A stretch of DNA of 36,444 nt from Welwitschia mirabilis. Its lineage: Eukaryota. The translations under genes were made by a program, and so were the position numbers. The DNA lies in NCBI GenBank assembly GCA_051453625.1, contig JBOZIK010000001.1:10828657-10865100 (forward strand). The letters run 5' to 3'. This document shows positions 13,694 to 27,283 of this stretch, one piece after another (positions within the stretch are counted from its first letter, which is position 1; every line of letters starts with the position of its first letter). The notes below the pieces were generated by a model. The model made no database searches. It was not told the DNA's origin and saw only the letters and a list, made by a program, of their open reading frames with translations.

Positions 13694-16600
13694 ATGAATG
13701 TATTCATACAGTTCCTATTACAAACAATAAATCAAAGTCAAATATCACAAGTAAATAATGGTGTGAATCAACCTAAGAAAGTGGGTCTGAGAAATCTAAT
13801 TCAAGATTTTATTAAGATAAACCCAAGAGGTTCAGATCCATGTAAAGCAGAAGCATGGCTAAGTAATAATGAAAAGGTTATAGGTACCTTAGGATGTGAT
13901 GATATGAAAAGGCTTCTTTAGCTATTCATATGTTACAAGGAGAAGATAACGTAGGTGAAAAATAGAAATGACTAAGGAGATCTAAAACTTTCATGGAGGT
14001 AATTTGAGCACATCTTTAAGGAGAGGCAAATTATCAAGTTTCATATTTACAAGATGGTTATAGAATTCTAAAATTCAAGACAAGTTCATAATGAGATCAT
14101 AGCATCTCATAAGTGTAAATTTGTAGAATTATTAAGATATGTGTCACATGTGCATCTAGATGAAGAAGCTAAAGTATCCATGTTTCAACCTTTGAATCTA
14201 ATAGAGGTTGTAGAAAAGGCAAATATAGAAAAATAAAATTGGTAGAGATAATAAGAAATTAAAAAAAAAAATCTCCCTGAGGGCATATCCTTAAGGGAAA
14301 TTGATCACAAATATCTTATCAAAATAAGAATTATCACTTTAGCAAAAATGATATCAGTATCAGTAATAGTAGAAATAGAAATATTAATCAACCTAAGAAT
14401 ACTCTAGTCAAAAGAAACTAAAAATATTCCTAGAGATTAGCTTGCCCTCATGAGGTCGCGGCCCTTGATCCCGGCCATTGTAGCATGTGTGTGGCCCAGG
14501 GTATAAGGGGCATGATGACTTGACCTTAAAGCGATAAAAGTAAGCAACCTCATAGATCTAATTTCTAGAAAATTCCTAGTCAGTACTAGTAAAAAATCGG
14601 TATAATAATGGATATTAATGCTACATCTATAAAGGAAATCATAATGTGAAAGAGTGTCCACAACATAATAGTGAGCCTCCTAGATAACAACTAGAAAATT
14701 CTTAAGAATAAAAAAACATTTCTTAATCAATGGAATGACTTTGATCAATAATAAATAATCAAGGGGTGCAATTTGATAGTTCTATCATATAAGGTAAGAA
14801 TTAACTTAATAATAAAAAAGTAATTATTTTATTTAATTACGAAGCAAATCATTGCTTCATATGTCCTAGGATTATTATAAGAGAAAACTTATATTGTACT
14901 CTAATTGAGGTATGCATAAAGCTAGAAAATGGATTCATGTTCAAGGTTAATATGCAGGTCTAAAGTTGTACTTTATTCATAAGTGAGGCAGATTTTTAGA
15001 TACAACCAATTATTATCAACTTAAAAAAATATGACATCGTTTTCGGTATGAATTGGTTAATGTAGAACATAGAAGTGATAAATCATAAAAGCATTAAATA
15101 GAAATGATAAATAATGGTTAAAGACTAATCTTTCAAGGTCATTACAAACCTATAACAGAGAATATAATTAATGTAGAGCATATAAAAAGAAAAACTAAGA
15201 GGAGATCACTAGTTTATATGTTATAGCTAAAATTAATTATCTTAAAGTAAAGAATATACCAATAGTCCAAGAATATCTTGATGTATTTTTAATAGAATTA
15301 CTAGGAATGCCATTACTTTTGGAAGTTGAGTTTTTCATTGAATTGATCCTAGGAATCCAACAATTTCTAAGGCATTATATATAATGTCTCCTAAAAAAAA
15401 AATAAAAGAATTAAAACTTCAACTTGAATAACTCTTATAAAAAGGTTTTATTCATCCTAATGCATCATTATGGGGAGAACCTATATTATTTGTAAAGAAG
15501 AAGGATGGAACAATAAGATTATGTATTGATTATAGACAACTAAATAAGGCTACCATTAAGAACAAATATTTGCTATCAAGAATAGATGACATTTTTAATT
15601 ATATCAAAAAAAATAATATATTCTTAAAACTTAATTTAAAATTTAGATATCATTAAGTTCAAATTAAGAAATAAGATACTCATAAAACAACATTTAGAAC
15701 CTGTTATGAACATTACAAGTTTATTACTATGCCTTTTGGTTTAACTAATGCCATTGTAGTATTTATGAGTTCTATAAATTACATATTTTAATCACATGTT
15801 GATTTCTTTATCATAGTATTTATTGATGATATCCTCATTTATTCAAAGACTTATGAAAAGCATAATAAAGGCTTAATAATAGTATTACAAACTTTATAGA
15901 ATTACTAATTATATGCTAAAATTAAGAAAAAGCTCTTTTTGAAAGGGATCCATTTAATGTTTAAGTCATGTAGTATTCAAGAAAGGTATTTCATTTTATC
16001 AAGATTACGTAATTATGAAATGGCCAACACCTATAAATGTTACTGAGGTTACAAGCTTTCTTAGTCTTACTATGTACTATCATTAATTCATCTTTAACTT
16101 TTCAAAGGTAACTTCCTCATTAACAATCCTTTTAAAGTAAAATAAGGACTTTTAATGAACAAAAAAATATCAGCAGTTATTTGATTATCTTCGAGAATTC
16201 TTAACTGGTGCTCTAGTCTTAGTAATGACAGATGATTCAAAGATCTTTTTAGGTTATCTTGATGCATTGGAGAATGTCTTGAAGTACTTCTTAAATAGGA
16301 TAAAAGAGTAATAACTTATAGATTAAGATAATCTAAAACTCATAAGAGAAATTATGGTATTCTTGATCTTGAATTAGCTACCATAATTTTTACTTTAAAG
16401 TTGTAGATGCATTATCTCTATGGTGTAAATTTTCAAGTTTGGACAGATCATAAGAGTTTAAAATACATTTTTACTCAACCAAAATTAAACTTTATGCAAA
16501 GAAGATGGATGAAATTTATATGTGATTTTGATCTAGAGATTCTATATAATGAAGGTAAGGGAAATAAGACTACAGATGCTCTTTGTAAATAAGGCTATCT

Positions 16601-17078
16601 CACAGTAATTATATAAATTCAAAGATAAATTCCTATCATTATCTTAGAGGAATAAAAAAAGGATGAGAATTATAAAAAATTAAAAGATGAATTACAAAAA
16701 TTAATAGACTGAAATAATTTTAGTGTTAATTTAAATGGGATTATTAGATTCAAGGGAATATTTTTGATTCCTAATGTAGATAGAATTATATATGAGTTGT
16801 TGTTTGAATTTCATAATCCACCTATATCAGGTCATCTTAAAAGAACTAAAATGTATCAAAGCATGAAACAAAAATTTTGGTGGTTAAGGATGAAAAAAGA
16901 TATAGCATAATTTGTATCAAAGTGTCTTAATTATCAATACATTATAGCAGAACATAGAAATCTAGTAGGATTACTTTATCCTCATCATATTCTAGAATAA
17001 AATTATGATAAAGAGTTAGATTATGAACATGTATACATGAAAATATCTCAAATTATTTATTAGGTTTTAAGAAATAAA
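13694..17078 (+). pseudogene. Ty3/gypsy chromovirus (Tekay/Del) gag-pol relic
   Basis: gag DFIKINP..DPCKAEAWL..LGC; zinc knuckle CYI(C)KGNHNVKECP ~14619-14660; protease LF(D)..ANHCFI ~14830-14860 and DIVFGMNWL ~15033; [46 protein letters not shown] (15816-15845); RNase H DLELA..MHYLYG..TDHKSLKYIFTQ..QRRW; integrase zinc finger H..SGH..KMY..FWW..MKKDIA..VSKCL ~16810-16930; pre-chromodomain LDYE..VLRNK 17016-17078. Many stops and frameshifts. Confidence 0.93.
14437..14524 (-). pseudogene. rrn16: 88-bp plastid-type 16S rRNA gene fragment (probable NUPT), non-functional
   Basis: Minus strand reads GTCAAGTCATCATGCCCCTTATACCCTGGGCCACACACATGCTACAATGGCCGGGATCAAGGGCCGCGACCTCATGAGGGCAAGCTAA, the conserved SSU rRNA 3'-major-domain block with plastid-like TGGCCGGGA. 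50/88 G+C in an AT-rich context. Confidence 0.9.
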
Positions 17079-17090
17079 TATGGATGAGTG

Positions 17091-18000
17091 TTTTTTTTTT
17101 GTTTTATTAAACCTAATCCTAAAAACATGGAATTACATCCTTATCACTCTAAACAAATTGCTAATACATCATAACTAACTTGGAAAAAGAGGAGGATAAT
17201 GTAGTGGAAGAGAACTATGTTGGATAAGGGGGAAAAATTATCTATTATAAGTATCAATGTGGACAAGTAGAATATAACATTAAAAGAAAAAAAAGACTCA
17301 ATTCATTATTGTAAGAAATATATTAATTCTTCCAAATTTATATGAAGTTTTAACCTAAACCTGAAAGATGAATTCTATAAGATCTCATACTTCCTTGCCA
17401 CAAAAGAATGAAATTTATTCTTAACACTCTAAACAATAACTCTATAATAAAAACTCCAGCTGTTGTATAGGACTAAAATATAAGAACAGATCTAGAAGAG
17501 ACGAATAAAATTTAAAATCTTGAGAGTACCTCTAAAAATAGTATGTACAATGATTTGTTGGAAATTATCACAAAATTCAAAAGTCTAGTTCCAAGCATTA
17601 TAAGCAACTCTAGATTAAAAGAAAACATACATGAAGAAGTCTGTAGCATTATAAAATGGAAATTTTAAAGAAGAAACTACTAAATACTATAAATAAGCAT
17701 TAAGAAATAAGACTTAATGAATTAAGCTCCTCAGAAAAAATACAAATCTTTGAAAATTTAAAACATTTTAAATATTTTTAATAATCCAGTTACACAAACT
17801 AGAATCTACTCAGATATTTCATGCTTTATTTAAATTCTCATAAATTTCTTCATTTTCATTAATGTCATATAGAAAATATTTTTACTCAAGGGAAAAATAC
17901 TTCTTCCATATATCCAAACTATATCTGATTATTCTTCTTTCAAACTATGATCCACCTTAAAGAATTCATCCAATTTCTTAATAAATTTAAAGAAAGTCTT
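17091..18000 (-). mobile_element. 3' part of an L1-type LINE: zf-RVT region, 3' UTR, AATAAA and poly(A)
   Basis: T10 at 17091-17100 with TTTATT at 17103-17108 (AATAAA then poly(A) on the minus strand). Degenerate KICIFF(W) ~17735-17755, (C)PF(C)..(H)VFF.(C)RVAYNAW ~17590-17665, IV(W)SVKN ~17425-17440. Confidence 0.6.
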
Positions 18001-19395
18001 TTAGTAGAGCTTTACAATTATTATATTTTGTAATTATCAAGTTATGGCCTTGTAATCAAGAAATAGGTAGTAGTCTTACATATATAAAACTATAACTGTA
18101 TATTATAGCATAAATAATCCTAATTGTCATTTTTCTATAATGACTACAAGATAATTTTAGATCTTACAAAGGATTAAGTTTTTCTAGAAAAGGTTTAACT
18201 AAGGTATTTTTAGAGGGATTATAAAAGGTGGTTAAGAGTATTATTAGTGGAAAACTTATCCTCCTATGAAATAGGAATGATTATACATAACACAAATTAC
18301 TTAGAAATCCCAATCTAAGATCAAGATATTACATTAAGTACAATAGTTTTCATAGATAAGCAATAAATTGTTTACTATATATTTCAAATGAGATGAATGA
18401 AATTGGTTTAAAGGTAATTCACATTATACTAGAATATAGGAAACATTAAGATAGAATGAAAGATGTCATAAAAAATAATACATCAACCATTTAAATCATA
18501 ATAATATATTAAAATAAATAACTCTAAATGATAAGTACAAAAGAATATCTAAAATAGACTATGACATAACTAGTAATCATAATTATATTAATGATAGAAT
18601 ATAAAATAATATTGAATCACATATATATATTTATCAATGATAAAAACATTAAAGTAAATAGCAATTTAATATAGAAACAGATCTTATGTTTGGCAGAGAA
18701 GCCACCTCATGAAACAATCATCTCCTCTTATCTAAAGATGAAGAATGAACACTTAGAATCTCATAATAAGATAGGGCCACATCATAGCCATGGAAAAAGT
18801 GAGATCTAAAGGAATGTAATTTAGAAAAGAAAATAATCATGGAATGGAATAGGAATTAGATTCCTCAATCCTTTAGGGAAGCTTTCTTTATATAGCCAAG
18901 AGTAGGGTTGCTAATTATAATGATATTACTTAATACATCAAGATAAATAAAATCTAATCATGAAAAATTTTCTTAGGTCTTAGAATTAATCACATTAATT
19001 CTTATGCTTTTTACCTTAGTATTCTTAAGATCTCCTTTAGTTCTTTTATTGTTAGTTTGACTTTTGCCTTAGGTTATAAGCTAATTTTAGTAATATATTA
19101 TCTAGTTTGTAATCTAGATTATTTGGGATGTATTTATTTACATAATTTCAATAGCATCATGGATCTAGACAATACTAATCTACTCAGGAAGTTTAATTGA
19201 TCTAAAATTTTGGGTAGCTTAAGATGACCTATAAGTTAAAATTCAAGTGTTCATTCTTTTAAATAATAATTTATAAATTACAAATATTAAGCTTGAATAA
19301 TTGTAATTTAGTGATAAAAATGATATCTATCACCTCAAAACATATTATTTACTCTAGTTTAAGAAGGTAAGTACATGGAAATTCAAGTGTAAATA
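18000..19395 (-). repeat. Athila 3' LTR
   Basis: Collinear with the split 5' LTR, e.g. AAGATCAAGATATTACATTAAGT (~18317 vs ~27629), AATTTAGAAAAG.AAATAAT (~18818 vs ~32780), CCTATAAGTTA.AA.TCAAGT (~19228 vs ~33171). A decayed PPT-side sequence follows at ~19396-19432. Confidence 0.85.
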
Positions 19396-20329
19396 AAGCC
19401 TTGACTAATATTTTTTCAAGTCCCTTAGCAAATGATCCTTAAAATTAATCTAGAAAGGATATTTGTAAAATTTGAAAATTTTCAAAACATGATATGCATG
19501 TTTAAAAATAAATGAGCACATAAGCTTGAAAACCTTACACTTAGATTCATTTAATACATAAAGTAAATCAAATTAATGCATAATATTACAAAAGACAAAA
19601 AAATTTCTGAGTACTATTTCTTTTATAATATTTAATTTTTCATCAAAATTTTTAATTTTCAACTTTTAAACTTTGAAAAAGTAAAGAAATTTGTGTGATT
19701 TCTATATCAAGTTCAGGTATAAAGTGATTACTATTTTGAAAATTTTAAATTTCTTATACCTTCAAAGTAGAATCATACATTATTCTTAATGTTAAAAAGG
19801 GTTAAGAAGCTAGTAAAAATAATTTATTAAAAATTTAAATTTTACCAACAATATGATAAAAAGTACATATCTCTATTTCTTATATTTAACATATTGCAAT
19901 GAAAGAAAAAGCATATGATAGAAAGAAAACAAAGAAAGATATGCATCAAATAGAGTTAGAAGATCTTAGAGGGAATCTTCTACATGAAGAATCCTCCCTA
20001 AAATTAAGCTTCTATGAATATTCTCTAATTTATAAATTACTTTTTTATTTTTTTTTATTTCCCCCATAATTTTTAAACCCAATTTTTATGTCTTCTTGGT
20101 TTTATTTCAAGGACTTATTTGTCCTCTTAGGAGGATGTTTGGATTAAAGATATTTTTCTTAGAGGCTTTTCTTTCTCTTCTTCTTCTTCCTTTCTAACCC
20201 CTCTTTAACTCATTGAATTTTACAATTTTCATATTGGTGCCTAGTCTAGTTTATCATGATTTTTAACTTAAGTTATTTATTTAATTGTAATAAATTTAAT
20301 GGCTTTATTATTCCATCCTTTTGCATGTA

Positions 20330-20700
20330 AAGGATCACTATCATTTACAAACCTAAGAATGCCACTAAATAGGATTGAAAGAGATATGTTTTTAGTTTTT
20401 CATATTATATTTTTTATTATTTTAAATATGAACTTACATATGTTAAACCTCTTCATAATTTCAATTATAGAAATTAAGGTTAATCGTAAGAATGTGCATC
20501 TAATATAAGAGCATAAAGCAAATATTTCTAATGATAAACCTAAACAAAGCTAACTGATTTTTGAACAAGAAGTAGCATGGAAAGGTTCATTTGCTATTAA
20601 GAAAAACTACACATCTAATTCACCATAAATATTTTCTTATGTTTTTCTAAATTAAGAGTATAATACTTATTATGGGGTAAATGAGATTCTATATATAAAT
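20330..20700 (-). pseudogene. Possible relic of the Athila extra 3' (env-like) ORF
   Basis: Lies between integrase and 3' LTR. Hydrophobic degenerate stretches KYLLYALIL..YD.P and SLSILFSGIL on the minus strand resemble Athila 3' ORF proteins; weak. Confidence 0.3.
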
Positions 20701-22624
20701 TAGCATAGCAGTAACAGAAATTTATATTTTTCTTATCCTTGTGGAGAGATTTCAAGATTTCCCTTCTTCGTTTCCTTCATTTTCATACAATATTTATTAG
20801 AAAATAGGTTTTTTAACCTTTTTTAGAGGGGGTTTCTCCATTATTTTTCTTTATCTTCTACAAGTAAGTATAGGCATATTATTTTATAAGATCTTAATAC
20901 ACATCCTCTATAATGAAATCTCCTCTCCTCCTAAACATTTTGGGTTATGTTAGATGCCATGAGGATAATGTTGATGGTGACACTAGTGGAATACATGCAA
21001 TGCCAATTTTTTTGCATGAGTAGTGAATAGTAATATTAAAAATGGAAGCAAAGTAGAGGATAAAGCATGGTACATGTAGATTTATGAAGAAAAATATTGT
21101 TATAAAGCTCTATATTTATAGATGTAAGGTTAATCTATACTATTAATTACTTGATTTTAGTGGATGATCGAGATTTATTATGACATAAATTAACTTAAAG
21201 TAAAAGTATGTTTTCTTTGATGAATCATGACTTTTATGAGAATCTAGAATTTAATTTTTCTTTTTAATTTTTAAGGATAATATTTATTAAATATTTAAAA
21301 ATAAAAGAAATCATATTTTAAGAGGAGTGGTACTTTATTTTTAAACTTTTCTTCACCTACAATTTTGGATTAATTCTTTATTTACATTAAGACCTTGGTA
21401 AATAATTAAATACTAAGTATATAATTAATGATTTGTTATATCTCAATTTCTACACTAACTCTTCATCATAAAAGTAGATCACTCATGATGACATCAATTA
21501 GGTATGAATCTTAATTATTATTATTTCTAAGGCAAAAGGTTTTAATCAAATAAATTATAAAATTAAAAAAGAAACATAAGTTAATTATCTTAATGAATTT
21601 TAATAATCATAGAAATGTATAGTGGCTAATACTTTAAACTAGTTATAATCAAATTTAATCATGATTCTTGATATACATGTAATATATGGTGTCATTGTAT
21701 AGGTGTATTTCCATCTAAGTTCATCACTAACATGAAAGAATTATTTTCTTAAAGTAATAAGATTCCTCTAAACTTGCATCAAACTTTGTTTTGATTATAC
21801 TGGAGTTATATATGTTGTGTCATTTTTTAGATGTCTTATAGATAATCTAATTACTAGATCTTTAAGATTACATAAGTTATCTAAGCCAACATATAAATGA
21901 AACAAAATTGGAATGATAAATAGATCTAGAGGTTATTAAAGTGGTCTTTAATATTAAATAGTTGATCATATATGATAGAAATGTTAATTAAATTAGTTTT
22001 CTCTTCATATATCATTTAGTCATTCCTCATCTCAGAGTATAGATCTTAGTAAGTTTTGTTTTTTCACAACTAGTACAACTACTAAACTCTTAAATTAGAA
22101 AACTAGTTTTAACATATAATTCCTAGTAGAAATGTTAATATATTTCCTTCTTATAATAATATTTTTAAAGAATTGAAGATCTTCAAAATTAGAATTTTTC
22201 TTAATTGTTAAAATCTTGTTTCTTAATTTACTGTAATATGCAATGTAATGTGAGATACTCGTAGAACTAAACATAGAACATCTAGTATGTATAACATTGA
22301 CTAATAAAAATTAAAATGCCAACAGAAATATTTCCTTAGCCTAATTATTTTACAATTCAACAAGTAGTGGTAGGTAACTAACAGATTGATGTCTTACAAC
22401 TAAACTAGACTAGATGAATCATGAACTTGTCATAATTTCAGGATTTAGCAAAGATAAATCCTAAACATTTAAGTTAACCAAATTTATTTCTTATATGATA
22501 TAAGATTTAACTTTATTTAATCTTTATTCTATATACAAATACATATATATTTGCATGTATGTAGCATATAATGTTAGTTTAATTAGGTAGGATCAAAGTC
22601 AATCCCTATGAGAAAAGATCTGTA

Positions 22625-25600
22625 AAAATTATAAAGCCTTTAGCCATTAACTTTAAAAGAATGATTATCATTAAATCCTATAATTTGTAACATTATGAGG
22701 AAGTAACTCTAAAACATAAAATGAAGTAATTCACTTAAATATAAGTTGTCTACAGAATTTGTGTACTCTTAGATCATAAAGAAATCAAGTTATTAAGTTC
22801 TATAATTTTCATAGGAACATATTTATAATTAAAGGCTTTCATTCTTTGTACTAGATGTGATGATTTTTATAGCCTTTATTTCTAATTTATTATATTCATT
22901 TAATTCAATATTTTTAATTCTAAAGCTTTATTAAGATTATGGTTAAGTTATTTAATGACTTAAAAATATTTATGTTATATGTTAATAGAAAGGTAATAAG
23001 TTTGCTTGAAAAATAAGTATATAAGAAAACATTCTAGTAAAGGTTTTATAGATAGTTTAGTAAGCCTTTAGAGCATCATTGAAGCGAAGCGACTAGGTTT
23101 TTCTATTATAATTTTCTACCGATTGCAAAATATTTTTAAATTCATAGTTGGTAACTTCTACTTGACCATTGTTTTATGGGTGATATGAAGTTGAAATTCT
23201 ATGAACTATTCTACTTCTCTTTGTAATATTATTCATAATTTTCTTATAAAAGGGGGTTTTTAATCACTAATAATAGCTTTAAGCTGGCTAAAAGAAAATA
23301 AATATTCTCTTTTATAAATGTAATAACTACTATAACATCATCTGTTCTAGTTAGGATGTGTTCAAATACACATCAATAACCAAAAGATGAAAAAATGGAT
23401 TAATAAAAGTCTTACCTGATATGTCAAATGGATTAATCTCTAGAATGAACAAAAGTGGCATTATATATTTCTTTCTAATTTTCCTAATTAATAACACCTA
23501 TCATATATTTGTAATATTCATGTGCATATTTGAAAAGAGTTAGCTAATATGATCTAGATTGTAGAATTTTATGGGAAGATTATTTTTTATGGAAAAGTGT
23601 GATCCTAAAATTTCATTATGCATAAGTCTTATGTAACTAAAAGTTTCAAGCTATAAAATTCACCTATGAATAATTTGATTAAGATAATATTTAAACAAAT
23701 AATAATCATCCAAAAAGTACTTATTTACTTCATGTAAGAAATACTTCTTAAGCATTCTAATGGTTAGACAATTTACAAGTAATAAAATGATTAGAAATGT
23801 TAACATACTAAGGTTTCTTTTATAAAGGTAGAATATTCTCATAGGGAAATGTATCATCTAGAGGTAATTAGCCTAAAGAAAAAGGTGATAAAGGCATAAT
23901 ATGATATAGACAATCAATAACAACACTTCCTACATCTTTCTTAATCCTTAACCTTTATCTCAAAGTTTTGTAAAGGTAGAATACATCTAATAAGTCTAGC
24001 TTTAAAATATTTATTATTAACCATATATTTAAAAGTAGAATGTTAAACATAGATAATACTTTTTTCACCTATAAGATATGATCTAAATTTATTCAAGGTA
24101 AAAACTAAAGTAAAAACCTATTTTCCAATTAATATGTAAATTAGTTGAGGTTCTTATGACACTTTACTTACGTACTAAAGAATGTATTTTCCCCTACTTT
24201 TTTTTGTCTCAAGATAGTATGTAAAGCATGATAACTTATCTCACCTAGTAATTCAGACAAAAATAGTCAATCACTTATCTTGTACTATTAAACGATGACT
24301 AGGAAATTACATAAGCACAAGGGCATACATCAATAGGAAAAGATTTCAAGGGATATGTAAAGGTTTTCTTTTATTATTATTAAAGGGTTACTTACATATT
24401 TTGATATCTTGCATATTCATTAAAAAAACAATAAAATTCATGACCAACTATTTTTTCTAGGATTTAATTAACAAAGCATAAAGTAAAGTGTTCTCTATGA
24501 GTTATGGTATTGATTTTTCTATAGTTAATGTTACCATTTTACTTTTTTTCTAGGTGGACATAGCACATTGTTTTCATTTTTAACTATGAGGATTATGTCT
24601 ATGTTGAGTCTCTTGACTAGGATTAACATTTTTTTATAAGTGAATTCTATACATACATGTATTGAAATCAATATTTCTTCAATCACATATTGTTTATTAT
24701 ATAGCCATTTTATGTTATTTTAAGAAAAAAATAAATCTTTCCTTTGTAATTTTGAGATTTTTGCATAAATAAATATCAGAAAAAATTATTTTCTTTTAGA
24801 AATGCTTACTTCAAATCTTCCAAAAGCAGTGTATGTTTGAAATTTAGGATGTCCTCCTTTCAAGAAGATTATTTTTGTGATGCAAATGAGAGAGGTTTAG
24901 AGGTTCAGATCTAGCCCTCCATTGTGATGTTTCATGTTTATGACTTTAATATGTTGCAAGGATTATTTTTTATGGGATTTACATAATAGGTAATGCCTCA
25001 TAGAAAATACAAACTCAAAAATTTCATCTTCATTACTTACAATTAAATCAATATTTTCAATGTCAGCCATATAATTCCCTTTTATGACATCTGAAACTTG
25101 TAATTTTGTATTCACATTAATAAATGAAATCTTTACCACACCATTCCTATTGGTAATTAAGGAGTGTAAAGCATTAAAAAGTTACCAACCCACAATAAAT
25201 GAAAATGTGTTAGGGTCATCTTTTATTTCTAAAATAAAAATTTCTATTACATAGTAAAATTTATTAACTTGAATTAGGACATTTCTATTATACCTCTAAA
25301 GATTTTAGTTTAATAGTTCTTAGGTTACAAAGTTGTTATTTCATTTTATTCTTTTAAACCAATTTCTCTATATAATAACTCTAGTATAGAGCTTGTAAAT
25401 CTAATAAAGCTTTATCTATTCTTTTATTACCAATAAAACATGATACTATTGGGGAATTGAGATCTATGAATTCAAGTATAATTTTGAACTTTTTCACTTA
25501 CTTATTGAGCTAGGAAAGTATTTTTCTTGACATTCATCTTTATTTTTATTATGCACATGTCTTTAAGAAGTAGTGCATATAAAGGCACTTGTTTAATGAC

Positions 25601-27000
25601 ATCTAATACAGGAATGTTAATTTTCACTTTCTTAATGACTTTTAGATATTATTTTCAACTTTTTCCTTCCTCATAGGTGTGAAATGTCTTAGAAATAAAG
25701 ATTCTTTAAGTTATTCATTTCATGGCTTTCCATACCAACTTTGTCATCTTTTTTAGGCTCATAAGTAGGTTGAGGTTCAAAATTAGATGTAAAGGGGGTT
25801 TTTTTGTTAATGGTTGAACATTTTCATTAATTTTTGTACCACTCTAAGTGAAATAGAATTAACTTCTCTAACTTATTCTTATTCTTCAACCATGTGAAGT
25901 CCTTTATATTAGGTATAAGTTAAGCTAGGATCTTTTTTTAATATCTTTTCTTAATTGAAGATAATAGGTAAGAAGTAGTTTGAGATAGTTTATTTATCCA
26001 TGATTATATAAATTTAAGATTTTATGATATTTTATTATCACTTTTAACTTTTTTATTATTACTAATTATTTAAGATTCAATAAATTATTTTATCATCTTC
26101 TTTAATGGATTAGTTTAGGATTAACTAGGTTTTCATTTACTAAGACTTCCAAAATAAACCAAGATGATTCTTTTATTTCAAGTTGTATGAAAATCCATAA
26201 GGGAATGATGATTATTGTTATTCTTATGAAAATGGTATCTTAGATTTCACACTATTTACTTAATCAGCTATGATATCTTTATAAAATAAGATAAAGGAAC
26301 ATTCATCTACTTCATTCTTATGTGAAGTACATACAACATATATAATTGCTTCATTAGCCTTATGTGGTTTAGATATTTTTAACTATGGTATTTAGTTTTC
26401 TAGTTACATTTATTTATTCATTTAGTTTTTATATTTCTCATCCTATGGCTTTACATGGTTAAGATTACTTAGTTATATATTTAGCTTTGCATGTTCTCTT
26501 CCACTTTTTAATACTCTCAACTATTCATTCTAGAGTATGCCAAGATCCTTTGGGTTCTTTAAATGTAAAAAGTTTTCATATTCATTTTAATTATTTTTTT
26601 ATCTTTTAATGTCAATTCTTCATTGAAAAATTTCATTGTTCTCCATGTCTTAAAAGCATGTTAGAGGCATTTTATTAATAGATCGTTAAACATTCAAATG
26701 ATCTGTAGAAACATTCATTATATTGTTGGTGAAAGTTCATAATCTTATTTATTAATTCATTGGTTTTATATGCTATAAAATAATTTTTAAAAAATTAATG
26801 GTTGAAATCTCTTTATAACCTAATTAATAGGAGTGATAGTAAATGTATCCATGCTTTAAAACTTTCTTTCAATGAAAAAAAATCTTAAGCCTAATTAAAT
26901 CATTTTAATTACCTATGATTAACATGAGAGCTTTAGATTCTTATAAGTGTTCATATAAATCTTTAAAAGTAGAAAAAATTAAATTTATTTAATTCATTAA
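22625..27000 (-). pseudogene. Athila gag-pol relic
   Basis: gag LIRLK.F.FSLKES.KAW ~26850-26900 and KIMNFHQ..ECFY..FNDLLIKC.H; VKINIPVLDVIKQVPLYA ~25575-25630; protease VSCFIGNKRIDKALLDL.A ~25390-25450; RT NYRKIN..HF ~24490-24525, GHEFYCF ~24430-24445, MPLCLCN ~24310-24327; RNase H VFTLNKFRSYLIG, ARLIRCIL.LQNF; YFLDDYYLFK..NQIIHR (ORF 23660..23857); integrase YHP.NNGQVEVTN ~23150-23187, NDALKAY.T.YKT, FKVNG.RL ~22635-22657. Confidence 0.9.
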
Positions 27001-27283
27001 TGATGGTTAGTTTTCCTTCAAGGTAGTTTATATAAGGGAACAATGCCATACACAAAGTTATAACTAGACACTTAGGTTATCATAAAGCTTTTAATGTTCT
27101 TCAAAGTAAACTTGAATAAACATCATCACTATCAAACATTGTTATATATATTAAATGGATCTCTAAATATTTTTAAGTTTACAATCCATCTATCTAAAAT
27201 ATGTGTTTAAAGTAGTTGTTATCAAATTTTTTTTAATATAGTGGTAAGTATTCCAATCTATCATGTGAATGACTAGGGTGTTA

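Noticed and set aside
14437..14661. ORF of 74 aa on the minus strand
   Set aside because: Chance read-through of antisense gag plus the 16S rRNA fragment; not a protein gene and not a functional rRNA gene.
17100..18000. Possible endogenous caulimovirus sequence (A-rich plus strand)
   Set aside because: No caulimovirid motifs found; better explained as a minus-strand LINE 3' end with AATAAA and poly(A).
17995..18006. Athila target-site duplication candidates (TTAGT or TCTTT vs TTATT at 33338-33342)
   Set aside because: No exact match and the LTR terminus is decayed, so no TSD is called.
20299..20508. Hydrophobic ORF of 69 aa on +
   Set aside because: AT-rich codon artefact, antisense to the Athila internal region.
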